Source: Paraspadella gotoi
Lineage: Eukaryota; Animalia; Chaetognatha
Reading direction: 5' to 3'
Length of the DNA: 64,000 nucleotides
Assembly: GCA_051294375.1 (NCBI GenBank)
Contig: CM119271.1
Coordinates: 6,112,875 to 6,176,874 of the forward strand
Below the pieces are notes generated by a model that did no database searches, was not told the DNA's origin, and saw nothing but the letters and a program-made list of their open reading frames with translations. A program made the translations under genes and the position numbers. This document shows, one piece after another, positions 14,632 to 28,352 of this stretch. The number at the start of each line of letters is the position of its first letter. Within the stretch, counting starts at the first letter, position 1.

Positions 14632-17600
14632 ATGCTTAATTCGGAACCCAATAAGGAAACCGGGGAATTCATCGCTACAGACCCTCGGAATTTCCTTGAG
14701 CCCAACATCCTCCTGCCTTCGGAAATTGCTCGCCTCGTTCTGGGTTACCTCCGCGAAAATGGTTTGCCCTCTTCGAGCGCCACCTTTCTGCAGGAGAGTC
14801 AGGATTTGGACGAATACCGTCGCGTCTCTGACTGTGGTAAAAACATCTCCACTTCCGTCGGCGGCCTCACGCTCGTCGATATGCTCGAGGAATATTGCAC
14901 TTTAAAACTTCAAAGGTTGGTTTCGGATGATCCGCGTCAAAAGAGAATTACCGACACTTGGGAAAGGTTTGAAAAGCTCATGAGTATGCAGCGTTTGGTA
15001 GCTAATCAACTCAAGTGCTTCGCGTACTTGGAAGTAAATAAACAACCGCTGGGAAACAAGTCCTCTCGAGTCCAAGGGAGCCGATCACGCAACGCCAACA
15101 GTGAGCTGCGAAGACGTCGAGCTTTGAAAACTCCTAACCTCGCTCCTAAAGCGACCTCTGGCGATCATCATCCGACTTCATACTCAACAAATCCATTTGG
15201 TCACGCAACGCCCACACTTGTTCCAATAAATTCGCCAGCGGTTCCTTTAACGATAAACACTTACCCGGAGAAAAATCCCGAGGCGCTGCCCTCATGCAGC
15301 ACCTTAGAAGAAGTAATCACCAAAACCATTGGCTCACCTCCGCGAGAAAGTCCTAGTAACGAAGCCGATGCGAAAAAAAGCGTTCGTCGTTCTCCGAGAC
15401 GAAAGTTGCAAACGCCAAGAAAAGGAAAAGCGACGGTCAATCATGGCGCTCAATCATCGTTCGTCGGTGACGTTGGGCTTTCCGCCCAAGAGTTCGAAGA
15501 CTGGTTGGCAAAACTTGAGACCACTGATTTTCCTAATAAAATCGCTCAAATCGCGAACGAAGCGATCATGGGAAAGGACTCTGTAAGTATGAGTGCGGTC
15601 ATGGAAAACTCGTCGAAGATAATGCCCGACTCCCTTGTTCGAAACAGAAATTCCTCGGAATCTGAACGAGTTTTAGACGACCTCATCAATCAATCGAAAC
15701 CTATAACAACCGATATCTTGGACGGTCTCGTCTCTTGGATGGAAAAATCGGAAGAATGCGGGTCCTTGCTAAGCATGTTTAACTGCAGCTCTAACGTTCT
15801 AAGCGGAGATTTGAATCAAACTTTTCAAGTAAATTCTATGCAGAAGGAACCGTCAAAAGTTCTCGTTGCAACCAATTCACAAATTCTCCCGGATGGAACG
15901 CTTAATGTCGATGAAGCGGCCAAAGAGCATCTCTCGAAAGTCGCTTCCGTTTCTGTCGATAACGCCGTTGCACCTTCTCCGATCGACGCCGCTGCACCTG
16001 TTCCTTTTGACACTACCTCCTCGTTCTCTATCTCTGAAACGCCGAGCAAACGAACCGCCACCGGAGATTGCTATTCCAGCATAACTATAGATTTTGGAAA
16101 TCTTCTCAAGCCGCCTCCTACGTCGAGCGAGGACTTACCGATCAGTTCGTCAGTTGATCCAGCGGTGCAGAGAAACCTAACAGAACGGTACATATTACCT
16201 AAGCCTTGCCCCGACGTAAAAGTTTACTCATCTGCGGAAGACAAAATATGTCACGAACCAACATCGAACAACAAGACGATTGTGGAAGCAGGACCTCCAA
16301 AAACTTTTCAGAAAAACCGTCAACGTAAGCAAAATATCGTCGTGACGGAAGAAAAAGTTGAGATCGTCACCACGAATATTGAGACTCCCGTTAAGTTAAC
16401 TTCGGCTCCAGGTTTAGAATCACGGGATGGCCCCCAAGAAGTTGCATTGTCCGAATTAAATCCTCTGACGAGAAGTAAATGGAAAAATTCTAACGAAGAA
16501 ACGAACCAGACCGATTTAGCCGCGAAGAAATCGTCTCATATTAGGAAGTTTCATGGGGAATCTACCCAGGGAAAGTCTATCTCTGCTTATGTTGACTCGG
16601 CCCCAGAAGAATCTGGTCGTGGGGAATCGAACTCCGAACAATCGACGAAGTCTTTGAGCACGCTTACTTCATCAGAAAGCAATAATAATGAAAAAACGAA
16701 ACTAGCTATAAATACTCGTTTGCTGGAAACTTTGCCAGAAAAATCTCAGATGATTGAATCAAAGGATTCCTCCAGTGGAGCGCCAGAAAACAAATCATTT
16801 TTGACCAACTCGGATTCGTTTCGTAAAAAATTAAACTCGATTGATCTCGTGACCGCTTCTTCGTTCTTGTCCGGCCGAAAATCTCTGAAAAAGAAAAAGA
16901 CAAAAACACGCGCGACTGTCCTAGATCCTGACCTCAAAACTAAATCTGTGACGGAAGATTCCGAGGAAACTATTGAACAAGTCCAATTTGGTGCGATTTC
17001 CCGCCCAAAAGTCGAGTTTGAGCATTCTGAGACAAATCAGCCTCATTCTGTTGTTTTAGACGAATCGACGGCTCATTCTTTTTCGTCGCTCGATACGACA
17101 CAAATGTTCGAAACACCGCTGGTGGTTCCAAGCCCTTGTCAACGCGGGTTGTCCGCAGAAAATACACTTTTGAAGACAGTCTCGGAAACTGTTTGCAAAG
17201 ACTCGGGGAATGTGTCTTCAGCTGACACGGAAAATCGGTGTGGGTATAACGAGCTTTCCTTAGTCGATCATCAAAGGCCATTGGTCAATGTTAAAATTAA
17301 AAATGAAATAACTGAAAATGTTCCTACACACAGTAGAATTGATGAAAAACCAAATTGCTCGGATCTTCCTTCTGGAAATCTTTATGAAAGATTACAGGTC
17401 ATCGATATTTTAAAGGCTTCTGATATTTTGTCGAGGCAAGGTGACAGAAAAAAGTCTAAAAAAAATAAAAACAATAAATCAGATGCTTTAGATAAAAACA
17501 AAGCAGACTCGATTAATAAAACTGTCAGCACATCAAAGCCGACCGAGGAATCATCTTCCACGCAACAACTTAACAGCGAGGCAAACCCATCGCATCCGAA

Positions 17601-18669
17601 AATTTTGGAAGCTTGCACGACGAATCTAAAGCTGGAGGAAACTCCTCATGCGTCTCCTGAAAATTTGAACATTGACGAAACACTGGACGCCCACGCCGAA
17701 AATAAGGCTCTTGCCAAATCTCTCGCCAAATTTCCCAATGTGGATCTAGCCAAAAAATACGCTTCTATCGTTAAGCCGAAGAAAAAAAAGTCCAAGATTG
17801 TGGTGACGCCAGAAAACAAATGCCCGACCTTTTCATCTGACTTGACGCCGACTAGTCGCTCGGTCGAGTTCCAAAATCACTCTACTCCCACCACAGGAAG
17901 CGCACTGACGTCAAGTTCCGCTTCTTCTATTGGAAACGCCGTTCTCTCCTACGTGTCCCCCATTGAATCTCCGGTGTCCTCTCATCGCGAAGACTCTCCC
18001 ATCGCCACTCCATTGGACGTCAAAGACGATTTCGCTGGCTCGACCCCGTTCGTTCCTTCGACCTTGGCGGCGCAGCGATGCCCTCCGACATCGAGCCAAC
18101 CTCAAATAAATTCTTACCCGTCCTCGCGCACCGACGCGGAGTCTCCTCGTGACGTGGCTGACCCTCCAGCATCGGAAGAGATCGGCCGCCGCGCAAAGCT
18201 TTTTAAAACTCCGTTAAAGCGGCAGAAAAACCTTCAGAGGAATGAACAAACTCTGCGGTATTTGGACTTGTCTCCGAGCCAGGCTATCCGAACGGTCTCT
18301 TCGGTCAAAGCCTCTCCGTCAATGGCTGCGTCCTCGCAATCGCCAACTTCCTACCCGCCCCAGGTGCGCGCCTTGAAACCTCAAACTTCGCCGGGTCGTC
18401 GAAAACTTGACGAAATATTCCAGTGTTCCTCTGGTTCATCCTTAACTTCCCAATCGCCTCAAGAGCGTTGTGTTAGTCTCGATCAGGCAAGCGTTATTCC
18501 CACCGACGTACCCGTTGCCGACAAAACGAAGTCGTGGAAACGTAAAAAGTCTGGAAAAATCGTCGTCGACGGTCGTCTTGACGAAAAGGTCATTGCGAAA
18601 AGGTTAAAGCGAATCAAAGACTTCTCACTTCTCGCCGAAAGCCTTAGTAACGACGGAGAAATTAAGTAA
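14632..18669 (+). CDS. NPAT: NPAT / Mxc-like histone-locus-body scaffold protein, single exon
   Basis: N-terminal LisH motif LLPSEIARLVLGYL...TFLQES...L followed by about 1250 aa of disordered S/T/P/K-rich sequence with many S/T-P sites and basic NLS-like clusters. Confidence 0.78.
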   Translation: MLNSEPNKETGEFIATDPRNFLEPNILLPSEIARLVLGYLRENGLPSSSATFLQESQDLDEYRRVSDCGKNISTSVGGLTLVDMLEEYCTLKLQRLVSDDPRQKRITDTWERFEKLMSMQRLVANQLKCFAYLEVNKQPLGNKSSRVQGSRSRNANSELRRRRALKTPNLAPKATSGDHHPTSYSTNPFGHATPTLVPINSPAVPLTINTYPEKNPEALPSCSTLEEVITKTIGSPPRESPSNEADAKKSVRRSPRRKLQTPRKGKATVNHGAQSSFVGDVGLSAQEFEDWLAKLETTDFPNKIAQIANEAIMGKDSVSMSAVMENSSKIMPDSLVRNRNSSESERVLDDLINQSKPITTDILDGLVSWMEKSEECGSLLSMFNCSSNVLSGDLNQTFQVNSMQKEPSKVLVATNSQILPDGTLNVDEAAKEHLSKVASVSVDNAVAPSPIDAAAPVPFDTTSSFSISETPSKRTATGDCYSSITIDFGNLLKPPPTSSEDLPISSSVDPAVQRNLTERYILPKPCPDVKVYSSAEDKICHEPTSNNKTIVEAGPPKTFQKNRQRKQNIVVTEEKVEIVTTNIETPVKLTSAPGLESRDGPQEVALSELNPLTRSKWKNSNEETNQTDLAAKKSSHIRKFHGESTQGKSISAYVDSAPEESGRGESNSEQSTKSLSTLTSSESNNNEKTKLAINTRLLETLPEKSQMIESKDSSSGAPENKSFLTNSDSFRKKLNSIDLVTASSFLSGRKSLKKKKTKTRATVLDPDLKTKSVTEDSEETIEQVQFGAISRPKVEFEHSETNQPHSVVLDESTAHSFSSLDTTQMFETPLVVPSPCQRGLSAENTLLKTVSETVCKDSGNVSSADTENRCGYNELSLVDHQRPLVNVKIKNEITENVPTHSRIDEKPNCSDLPSGNLYERLQVIDILKASDILSRQGDRKKSKKNKNNKSDALDKNKADSINKTVSTSKPTEESSSTQQLNSEANPSHPKILEACTTNLKLEETPHASPENLNIDETLDAHAENKALAKSLAKFPNVDLAKKYASIVKPKKKKSKIVVTPENKCPTFSSDLTPTSRSVEFQNHSTPTTGSALTSSSASSIGNAVLSYVSPIESPVSSHREDSPIATPLDVKDDFAGSTPFVPSTLAAQRCPPTSSQPQINSYPSSRTDAESPRDVADPPASEEIGRRAKLFKTPLKRQKNLQRNEQTLRYLDLSPSQAIRTVSSVKASPSMAASSQSPTSYPPQVRALKPQTSPGRRKLDEIFQCSSGSSLTSQSPQERCVSLDQASVIPTDVPVADKTKSWKRKKSGKIVVDGRLDEKVIAKRLKRIKDFSLLAESLSNDGEIK

Positions 18670-18925
18670 ATGTTCTCTTTCACTTATTAAATTAAGGTAC
18701 TGCGTTCTAGGTTTTTTATTTGACGCAGGCTGCGCTTTGCGTCGCAGGAAAGTTATTGTTAATTTTTCATTTAATGACTTTACATATGTTTTCAAAATTT
18801 TAAACATTTGATAATTTTGATTTCTTTTATTTAGATGAGCCACTTATTGAAAACAGCGATCACGTTGGCTTAATTCAAAACAGCCATGTAAACTAACTTT
18901 AATCTCGTCAAAAATTATATAACTC

Positions 18926-21900
18926 ATGGCGGCTTCCATTCCCGGCAATGAGACTAACAATGGGGATTCACTTGGCGTCTACGATCAAATCCTGTATGAC
19001 GTTCTTATACACGCGGAATGGAGCAAGTCTGGGGACCTGGGAGTGTGCGGCGAAGGTCGTGCCCTAAGGTCCCGTGTTAACTTGCCCGCCAGATTTTCAA
19101 CCGCCACACTTCGTGAGTCTGTTTTTTTTTTAATTTAACTTTTAACTTCAAAGAAAAATTTACAAATATTATTTTATAAGGAACATTGTGGACGTTTCTA
19201 CGCGCTGTTGGATATCCTCTGCGAGAACCTCACTCATGTATTCTTCCGGATGGACTTCTAAGAACGATGAGCAACGCGTTGCCGTGGCAAATAAGCATCG
19301 ACAAGGAGGGACAAGTGATCGCCATTTTGCAAGAAAAGTTTATAGAAATTAGGTGATTCTCAAATTCTTTTCGGGGCTGAATTTAAGAATACCAATTTCA
19401 AGCGGTAAATCATCGTTAAAGGTCGGCCCGCGACGATTTCGTCTCGATTGTTGGCCGCTGCAATATTGAAGAGGACGCTTATCCTCAATGGCGTCGCCTA
19501 GCTTGGAACGACGACGCCTCCTTGCTTGCCTATGCTGATTCAAAGGGTATGAGATGATTGTTACCGAACTTTTTAAAATTAGTTATAAATATGTATTTAT
19601 GGCAGCAGCTGGGTTGCCTGTGATGCCCATTGGGATGGGGCATCTCTCTGTTGGCTTTGGGGGCTTTCGACCCTCAGTGACGCCTCCAGTCACTGGCGCG
19701 GCCTCGCTTTGCCAACGCGGAGGGAAGTCTTTAGGACTGTAGATGGAACACAACGCCTGGGATGGTGTCTTCCCCCTCTGAGCCAATGGGATTGGCTGAA
19801 CGATGATGGACGTGAGGCGGTGTGAATATACCGCCACATATTATCGATTCAGGACGAGTAAAGATCTTCGACTTGTTGGGATCTCTAATGTACTCTATTG
19901 GCTCTGATCCTCCGACGCTGAACAACGACGATGCATCTTTGTCTCCTTCGTCATCCAGTAGCGTCGAAGAGACTGACAAGGACGAAGATTTGAGTCGCGC
20001 CGCCGCCGCCCTTATTTTCACCAATCGAAAATGCAAGACAACTAGGTACGTATGTAAAAGGGTTAAAATTGATTTGCGTTATAAACTTTGTAAAATTTGT
20101 ACTACAGAAAGTCATTCTAGGAAGAATTGTTATTCAATATCGTAATCATAATGAAGGAAATTATCCAGTCATTTATTGTGAAGAGACAGAATAATTGTTA
20201 TGAGTTAATAAGGGCCACTGTTGAAGGTTTTTAGTTCACTCGCTAGTCAACCATTATTGTTACTTTCATTCCAGGTGGTGCGGTGAACTGATAGTGATAA
20301 CCTACCAAGGGGCGCTCTATTCCTACCACCTCGGCACAAGCGACGGCGCAGTTCACCTTGCTCATCAGTTCCTCTTTTCTTGGCCTTATGTGATGGGCAT
20401 CACTTCCGTGGTACATGTTCCCGAGCATAGCCTCTTGCTTGTCGGTGGATTGTCGACCGATGAGAAAGGTAAATTTGCAGAAATCCTCAATTAAAATGCT
20501 GCGAAACAAAAAAAACATCCCTGCGCAAGTAGAAAAATTTATACGTATTTCGTTTAACAGAATCGCCACTTATCACGACCTCCAATTCCAAAAAGGCTGC
20601 GGGGGTGGGTCTGACAGCGTGGCGGGTTCTCAGCGACTTTCCCCACTACAAACTCGTCTCTGATCTGGAGGAAGACTCGGAGGCGGGCGCCGCCAAATCC
20701 AAATCCTTCATAAACAAAATCACGGGGGCGTTTAATTGGCGTCGCAGCGAGGGAATGGGTCGCGGGGAGGGCGTCTATCAACTCAGGCTTAGTCCTGGTT
20801 AGTTAGTATTACGTTGAATCTTATTTTTATTATAAACAATATTAAGTTAAACCAAGCCAATTCGCCGTTCGTATTATTCTTCCTCGTTTCCATAGACAAA
20901 ACCATCGTCATGTCAATCCACTTTTCCGGGAAGGTCTGCTTCTGGGAGGTGCCTTCCATGCGGGTTCGATCTTCGTGGGAGTTGGCGTTGCAACCTGGCG
21001 CCGACGAGATTCATCCCATGCTTGTTGAGAGGAGGAAGAGGAAGAGGAGGAGATCTGACGTCGATGTCTCATGCGGAGGTAAATTTCTTTTCTTCCCTCC
21101 CTTCTTTCTTTATTTTTACCTTTATTTATTTCTATAATTTTAAAATATTTCAGACCCGTCTCCTGTGATTGACGCCTCCTGGTGGAACGCGTCTTCGATC
21201 AGTGTAGCCCGTGCGTCCGGCTCCGTCAGCGTCGTATCCGTGGATGATTTTCGCAATCTCCTCGGCGCGTCTCCCGAGTGGTTCGAACCCGCGCCGCGCA
21301 TCGTCCCCGCCGCTAATGGCCGCATGATGGCGCTAGAGTGCGAGAAGAGAACCAGCAGTAGTAAGCGAAAAAAAGGCGTCAGGCAATCCATCGTCGGGGA
21401 AGAGAACGTCGGTGAGATTATCCTAAAAGATCTTCGGCGTCATCGCCCAAGTTATGTTGTTTTTATTTTGTTTTTTAATCTACTCTCGAATTACTTTTTT
21501 TCTCCCTAAATGTTGAGGTATTGTGATTTATTTTAATATAAATTCTAAATCAGACCAAGCGGACGCCTCCGCCGACTGCAGCGACGACGACGACGATGAT
21601 CGAAACGATAAAATCCCCAGCAACTTTTCCTCCCGCGTCTTCTCCGGTCTCCACGCGCTTCTCTTCAGCGCCCTTTATTTCCTCACCGACGCGGAATTGT
21701 TTCAGTTGCCGTCGTCGAAAAAACAAAATGACGTGAGTCAGATAACGTTTCGCTTGGTATCTCTTCAATCCACAACTCCGGAGCAACTCTATTCCAGGAA
21801 GATAGATAACGAAGAATACGGGGAGGCCTTGTCGCTCGCTGAAGGTTGGATTTGAATTTTATCGATAAAATTATATTATTCCACCTATTCCACCCCGTTC

Positions 21901-24900
21901 TGTTCAGCCTTTTAGATATTATGAGGTTCTCATTTATGATTTTCTTATCGAAATTATGTGTAACATCTATTTAGAAAACTAGGGCAGGAAGTAATATAAC
22001 CTTGTGGTGAATAGATGCTCCCTCTATTTCCAGAAGACAACATTAACAACCCTCACCCATTGATAATATAATATTTTCAGATTTAGATTATCAAAAACCA
22101 AAATTTGTAAAGCATAATAATAATAAAAAATATAGAATTTGTAATAAATAATTATAATGAATATTATAAAATCTAAAACTTAAAATAGTGAAACAAGTAA
22201 TTTTGCCATTTTCATAATATTATAAAAATATAATAAATAACGAAAATTAACACCTTTTCGTAGTTTACGGCCTGGACTCGGATCGCGTATACCAACGTCA
22301 ATGGCGCAAGGCCGTTGTCTCCTCCGCCTCCATTCAAGACTATTTGGCACGAGTTAAGAACAGAAAATGGGTGTTGGCCGAGTGCGTGGACCGCGTTCCA
22401 GAAGACGTCGACGCTCAGCGAGCCCTTTTGGAGTTTGGACTGAGCGAGACTGACTGTGAGGCGGTGCTCAAAGCCGGCGGCGATGAAGTCGACGGTGACG
22501 ACGATTACGACGATGCTGCCGGCGAAGAAGACTCTCGAATTTACGCCAGCGAAAGATGGCGTCGATGGCGTCAAAAGCTGATCGATAGGATCGATCCCGA
22601 TCGGCTAAATGCCGAGCAGCGCGAACTGCTCGTCGTTCGGAAGAAAATCCTCACGTTTATCGATCGACTCTCCACGTACGAATTGATTCTCGGTGGTGGA
22701 ATCTCCGCTCAGGAAAATTATGATCACAAGTTCTTCAAGCGATTTCGCGGAGAGACGGCGACGAAACTTGCCGTTCAATTTGCCAGGGAAAAGAATTTAA
22801 TCGGACTGGATTCTGTATTGACTTATCACGGGAAGGAAGCCTTACCCCATCGCTTGGCCATTATCTCCAACTTGCCGGAGACTATGAATCCGAGCGAATA
22901 TCGTGACCTCTTGTCAACACTGGAGGAAACGACTTCGGAAGATTGCGGTGATTGGCCGCAACAAGCTTGGAGAGCTCCAGATTGGTGCGAATTGGAAAAG
23001 TTTTTCGACGATCATTCTTTCGACGACGGGGAATTCTTGTACAACGCTTCTCCTCAGTATCGAAAGTTTGAGACAACAAGCTTAACGAAGATATTGGTGA
23101 GCGAATGGTTCAGTCTTCGTGCTCAAGAGCTCGAGGCTCTTGCTGGACAAGTCTCTTTCGCCGCGGAATTTATCGCTATCGGCCAAGAGTTGGGCTTTGA
23201 CGTTGACGAGATACAAAACGAGTTAAATTCTTTGTCGACCATGGTCTACGAGTGCCGTGCCGATCCAAGTCTGACCCTGTCGAAGATGCGGGAGATGGCT
23301 CCATTGGACCAAATAAAACTCATGATGTTCAAGAGCTCTGCCGATCAGTTTGAAGAAAACTTATTCCGCTGGTTGGTACCGTTTTTAAAAAGAAGGGAAC
23401 ATCAAAACAAAGGCGACTACGCTTCCCTGCTCAAAGAATACCTTCTCGATTCATCCAAGGAAAACTTGAGTGTCGCTGTTCACGTGTTTCAATGTTCGAG
23501 ACCTGACGTTCCGATGGAAAGTCCGATCATCGGGTCAGAGGAGAACCTTCTCGCTCTCGCGATGGAATGTATTTATTTTTGCGAAGGCTCTGATCAATTG
23601 GCCAACTGCTATTCTATTCTGGAATGTCTTCCAGAAAGGAGGCCGAAACTAGGAAAGCGTCTGAAGGTTCTCCATGATCAGGTGGACGTCTTGGAGAAAC
23701 ATTTGAAGGTCGCCAAAATCCTGGAGCAAAACGAGATGTTGATTCCAATTGCCGTCATTAAAGAGACGGAGATCAACGTCGAAGATGCCTTCCAGCTCGT
23801 CGTCAAGTTATCGCGAGTGGCGAGCCGGAAGACACCGCAGCTGAACAAGTCTCAATGGGTCAAGCTCATCGCTGACATCTTAACTATCCGGATCACGCTG
23901 TACGAAAAAACCCTCTCGATTCAACAATGCCTTGAGATAGTTTGCCAATCCCTCCTCTGTTCGGGACGCGAGAACGACATCAATCTCGCTAAGGAATACA
24001 TATGCACGAACGAAATGGAAAGCCCAATCGGTGACAATGTCCTAGGAACCAACAGCAAGATACCATTCCAGGCAGGCGTTGCAATTATCGTCAAGTCTGC
24101 CATGGAATACTTTAATTCTGCTGCGTCGTGCCACGACGCAGTCATGAACTTGGCCAAAAAGTGCCTGGCGCTTTTCCCGAATTCCGATGCACCGGAAATA
24201 GTCAAGGAACGAAATTTGATCGAAGCCGTCGAAGCGATGAGCGCCTTAGGTGTGGACGAACTTCCCCTTCAAGTCCGACTATGTCCTGACCGGATGGTAC
24301 TATTAACCAAAATTCTGGAAAAGTCCCCAGAAATGTACCACGAAGTCACGAGAATGACGAAGCTTGCCGCGCAATTGAACATAGATGGCGAAGATGCCTC
24401 TACTCGGCGAGGAAGAGTAATGCAATTGCTGGCCGAAAGGAGTCTGGATGCCAATGACTTCCTCACGTGTTACGAGTATTGCTCCGCTCTAATGAATTAC
24501 GGTTACTCTCCTATCTGGTCGACTTGTCACAAACTCGCATCGCAACCCGAGTTTAAGTCATACTTTCACAAGAAACAGCTTCTCGCTTTCGCTTTGACCT
24601 ATTGCTCACAAGACCTCCTCGAGAGTCTGCTCATGAAGCGAATGCTTGTCGAGTCTCAGATTCTTTACCAGGAACTCTCCTCCGAGATTGACGTCGGTGA
24701 GCCGGAGGAGGAAAATCAAAAGGACGATCTTGATTCCACTTTGGATGAAAACGAATTTTTCGATTCCGTCGAAGAACCTACATCTGCAGCAACGAAAGAA
24801 AATTCCCCTTTTTTCGCCATGTCGCACATGCTTTCCACCATGTCGGACAAGGGTTGGTGGAGCAGTTCCATCAAGTCAATGGCGGGACAAATTTTGTCCG

Positions 24901-25757
24901 TTGAAGACAAAGAGAAATCTGTCAACGCTGCCAAAGACGAGAAAAAACTAGTGGTGACAATGGAGGCGCAGGGATGTCATCCTTTATACGAGGAACAAAT
25001 TGACAAGCCGATTATCGATGATACTTTTCTGGATTATGCATCATTGAAACTCCTCCCTGCTGACAAGACCGTCTTGCGCACGCAACAAAAGCTTTTGAGG
25101 AAATCTGGTTTGGAAGCTTGCTTTACCGATGGAGGATCCGTGCAAGACGTAGAGGATTTAATCGCCCAATCTTCGCCGCTCTTCCTTCAAAGTGATCTTC
25201 AGCTCGGCGTCGGCTTGCTTTTCGCCGACGCCGACGCTCTGGACTCGATCGACGAAGTCCTGCTCAAGTTGCCACGCACCCCCCTCTCGCTCACGCTCGC
25301 CTGCTACGTTTATTCACTTCTAATCCTGCAAGAGCTTAGTCGCCGAAGCCAAGAAGCGTCTAAAGTCACGGACTCTGTTCAAAAGTATTTAAAATCGAAA
25401 CCCAGTCTAGTCATAAAAACTGCCTCGCACGCCGTATTATCAGACGAACCGGCGCCGCTACCTAATGCGGCCCGTTATGCGGAGGGGCTGCGTCGTTATC
25501 TGGGAATGCTTGAAGAGTTTCTGCACGAACCGGATCCCTGCGGTTGGGACGATGCGGAGGATATTCCGGATGTGGACATGGAATGTGCCACTCCGTCAGA
25601 AGGAGAGCGATTAGAATCAGCACCGCCCAATGAGCCGGCTGGGGGTGGGGAAGGCAATGTATGGGAACTTCTCTCGAATCAATCTCAACAGGGAATGTTG
25701 AGGACTCTCTCCGCCGGAATCGGGGCTTTGACGAGTTATTCGACGACGAAAAAATAA
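18926..25757 (+). CDS. NBAS: NBAS / Sec39 subunit of the NRZ ER-tethering complex; about 10 exons (18926-19112, 19181-19352, 19422-19546, 19853-20046, ~20275-20468, ~20561-20797, ~20896-21078, ~21154-21411, ~21554-21844, 22264-25757)
   Basis: Spliced N-terminus gives LYDVLIHAEW, IEIRSARDDF, PQWRRLAW, GLTAWRVLSDFPHYK, NLLGASPEWFE, STTPEQLYSRKIDNEEYGEALSLA, YGLDSDRVYQRQWRK, LPHRLAIISNLPET and EYFNSA, all typical of NBAS. Confidence 0.9.
19598..19838 (-). mobile_element. Solo LTR (copy 1) in NBAS intron 3
   Basis: Near-identical to 32643-32898 and 40961-41215 apart from an internal deletion of about 14 nt. Flanked by the 4-bp direct repeat TATT (19594-97, 19839-42). Confidence 0.85.
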
Positions 25758-25845
25758 CTTAAGATTTTCCCTTAATTTTTGCTTCAATTAAGTGGGTAAT
25801 ATTATGCCGATATATTATATATTATCCGATATTAACAGCAGAATA

Positions 25846-27605
<1,760 letters not shown>

Positions 27606-27654
27606 CTTTTCTCGAATTTTTTTTATTCATTTTTCGTTTAAAAGCGATTTAGCT

Positions 27655-27701
27655 AATAAAGTATGATTTTGATTTAATGCTACTAATTATTCATTACATA
27701 G
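27655..27701 (+). promoter_or_regulatory. Intercistronic module: AATAAA poly(A) signal of C5orf22, branch-point-like TACTAAT (27681-87) and an AG acceptor (27700-01) 48 nt before the ARL6IP1 ATG
   Basis: The motifs are visible in a 144-nt intergenic spacer. Function as a trans-splice acceptor is inferred. Confidence 0.55.
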
Positions 27702-27749
27702 TAGAATTGTTGGAAAATAAACGAAGTAGAAAATCAACTCAACGCAAGA

Positions 27750-28352
27750 ATGGCTCAAGGCGATCCAGGCGCGGAGAGGCGCGAGATGGAAGTGTCGCGT
27801 CTCTGCGCAGTCTTCGATGACTGGAAGGAGGTTATCGTTCTGGCCAAAAACGTCCTCGATTGGGAAGAGCAGTTTCATCCCTTCGTCGTCGGCGGAAGCG
27901 TCACCCTCGCTTTCTTGCTCGTCTGGTGGGTGGAGCCGACCCTGCTATCCCTTGTCTCCTTCGTCCTGTTGCTGCTCACCCTTGCGGACTTTCTGCTGCC
28001 GCAGATCCGCCACAAGATCTTCGCCCCAGAAGATTGGAACGCCGATCGAGAGCAGAGCTACGCCGATGCCTTTCGCGGGGTAGTCGATCTCGGTCAACGG
28101 GCGCGCGCGCTGATCACGGAAGCCAAGGCGTTGAAAGCGGATCGGCCGCGACTCTACTTGGCACTCACCGTCACCGGCCTTCTCCTCGTCGCCTGGATCG
28201 GTTCCGCTCTGGGAGACTTAACTCTGCTCTATCTGATCATCATGGGCATCGCTCTTTACCCTGGAGCAATCAAGTGCCCCACTGTTCGGGAGAACGTTGA
28301 TAACGCCAAGAGTAAAATTTATGGATTTCTCGGAAAACGAAAGGATGAGTGA
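27750..28352 (+). CDS. ARL6IP1: ARL6-interacting protein 1 (reticulon-like ER-shaping protein), single exon
   Basis: 200 aa with WKEVIVLAKNVLDWE...HP, two hydrophobic hairpins and a C-terminal KRKDE ER-retrieval-like tail. Confidence 0.88.
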   Translation: MAQGDPGAERREMEVSRLCAVFDDWKEVIVLAKNVLDWEEQFHPFVVGGSVTLAFLLVWWVEPTLLSLVSFVLLLLTLADFLLPQIRHKIFAPEDWNADREQSYADAFRGVVDLGQRARALITEAKALKADRPRLYLALTVTGLLLVAWIGSALGDLTLLYLIIMGIALYPGAIKCPTVRENVDNAKSKIYGFLGKRKDE

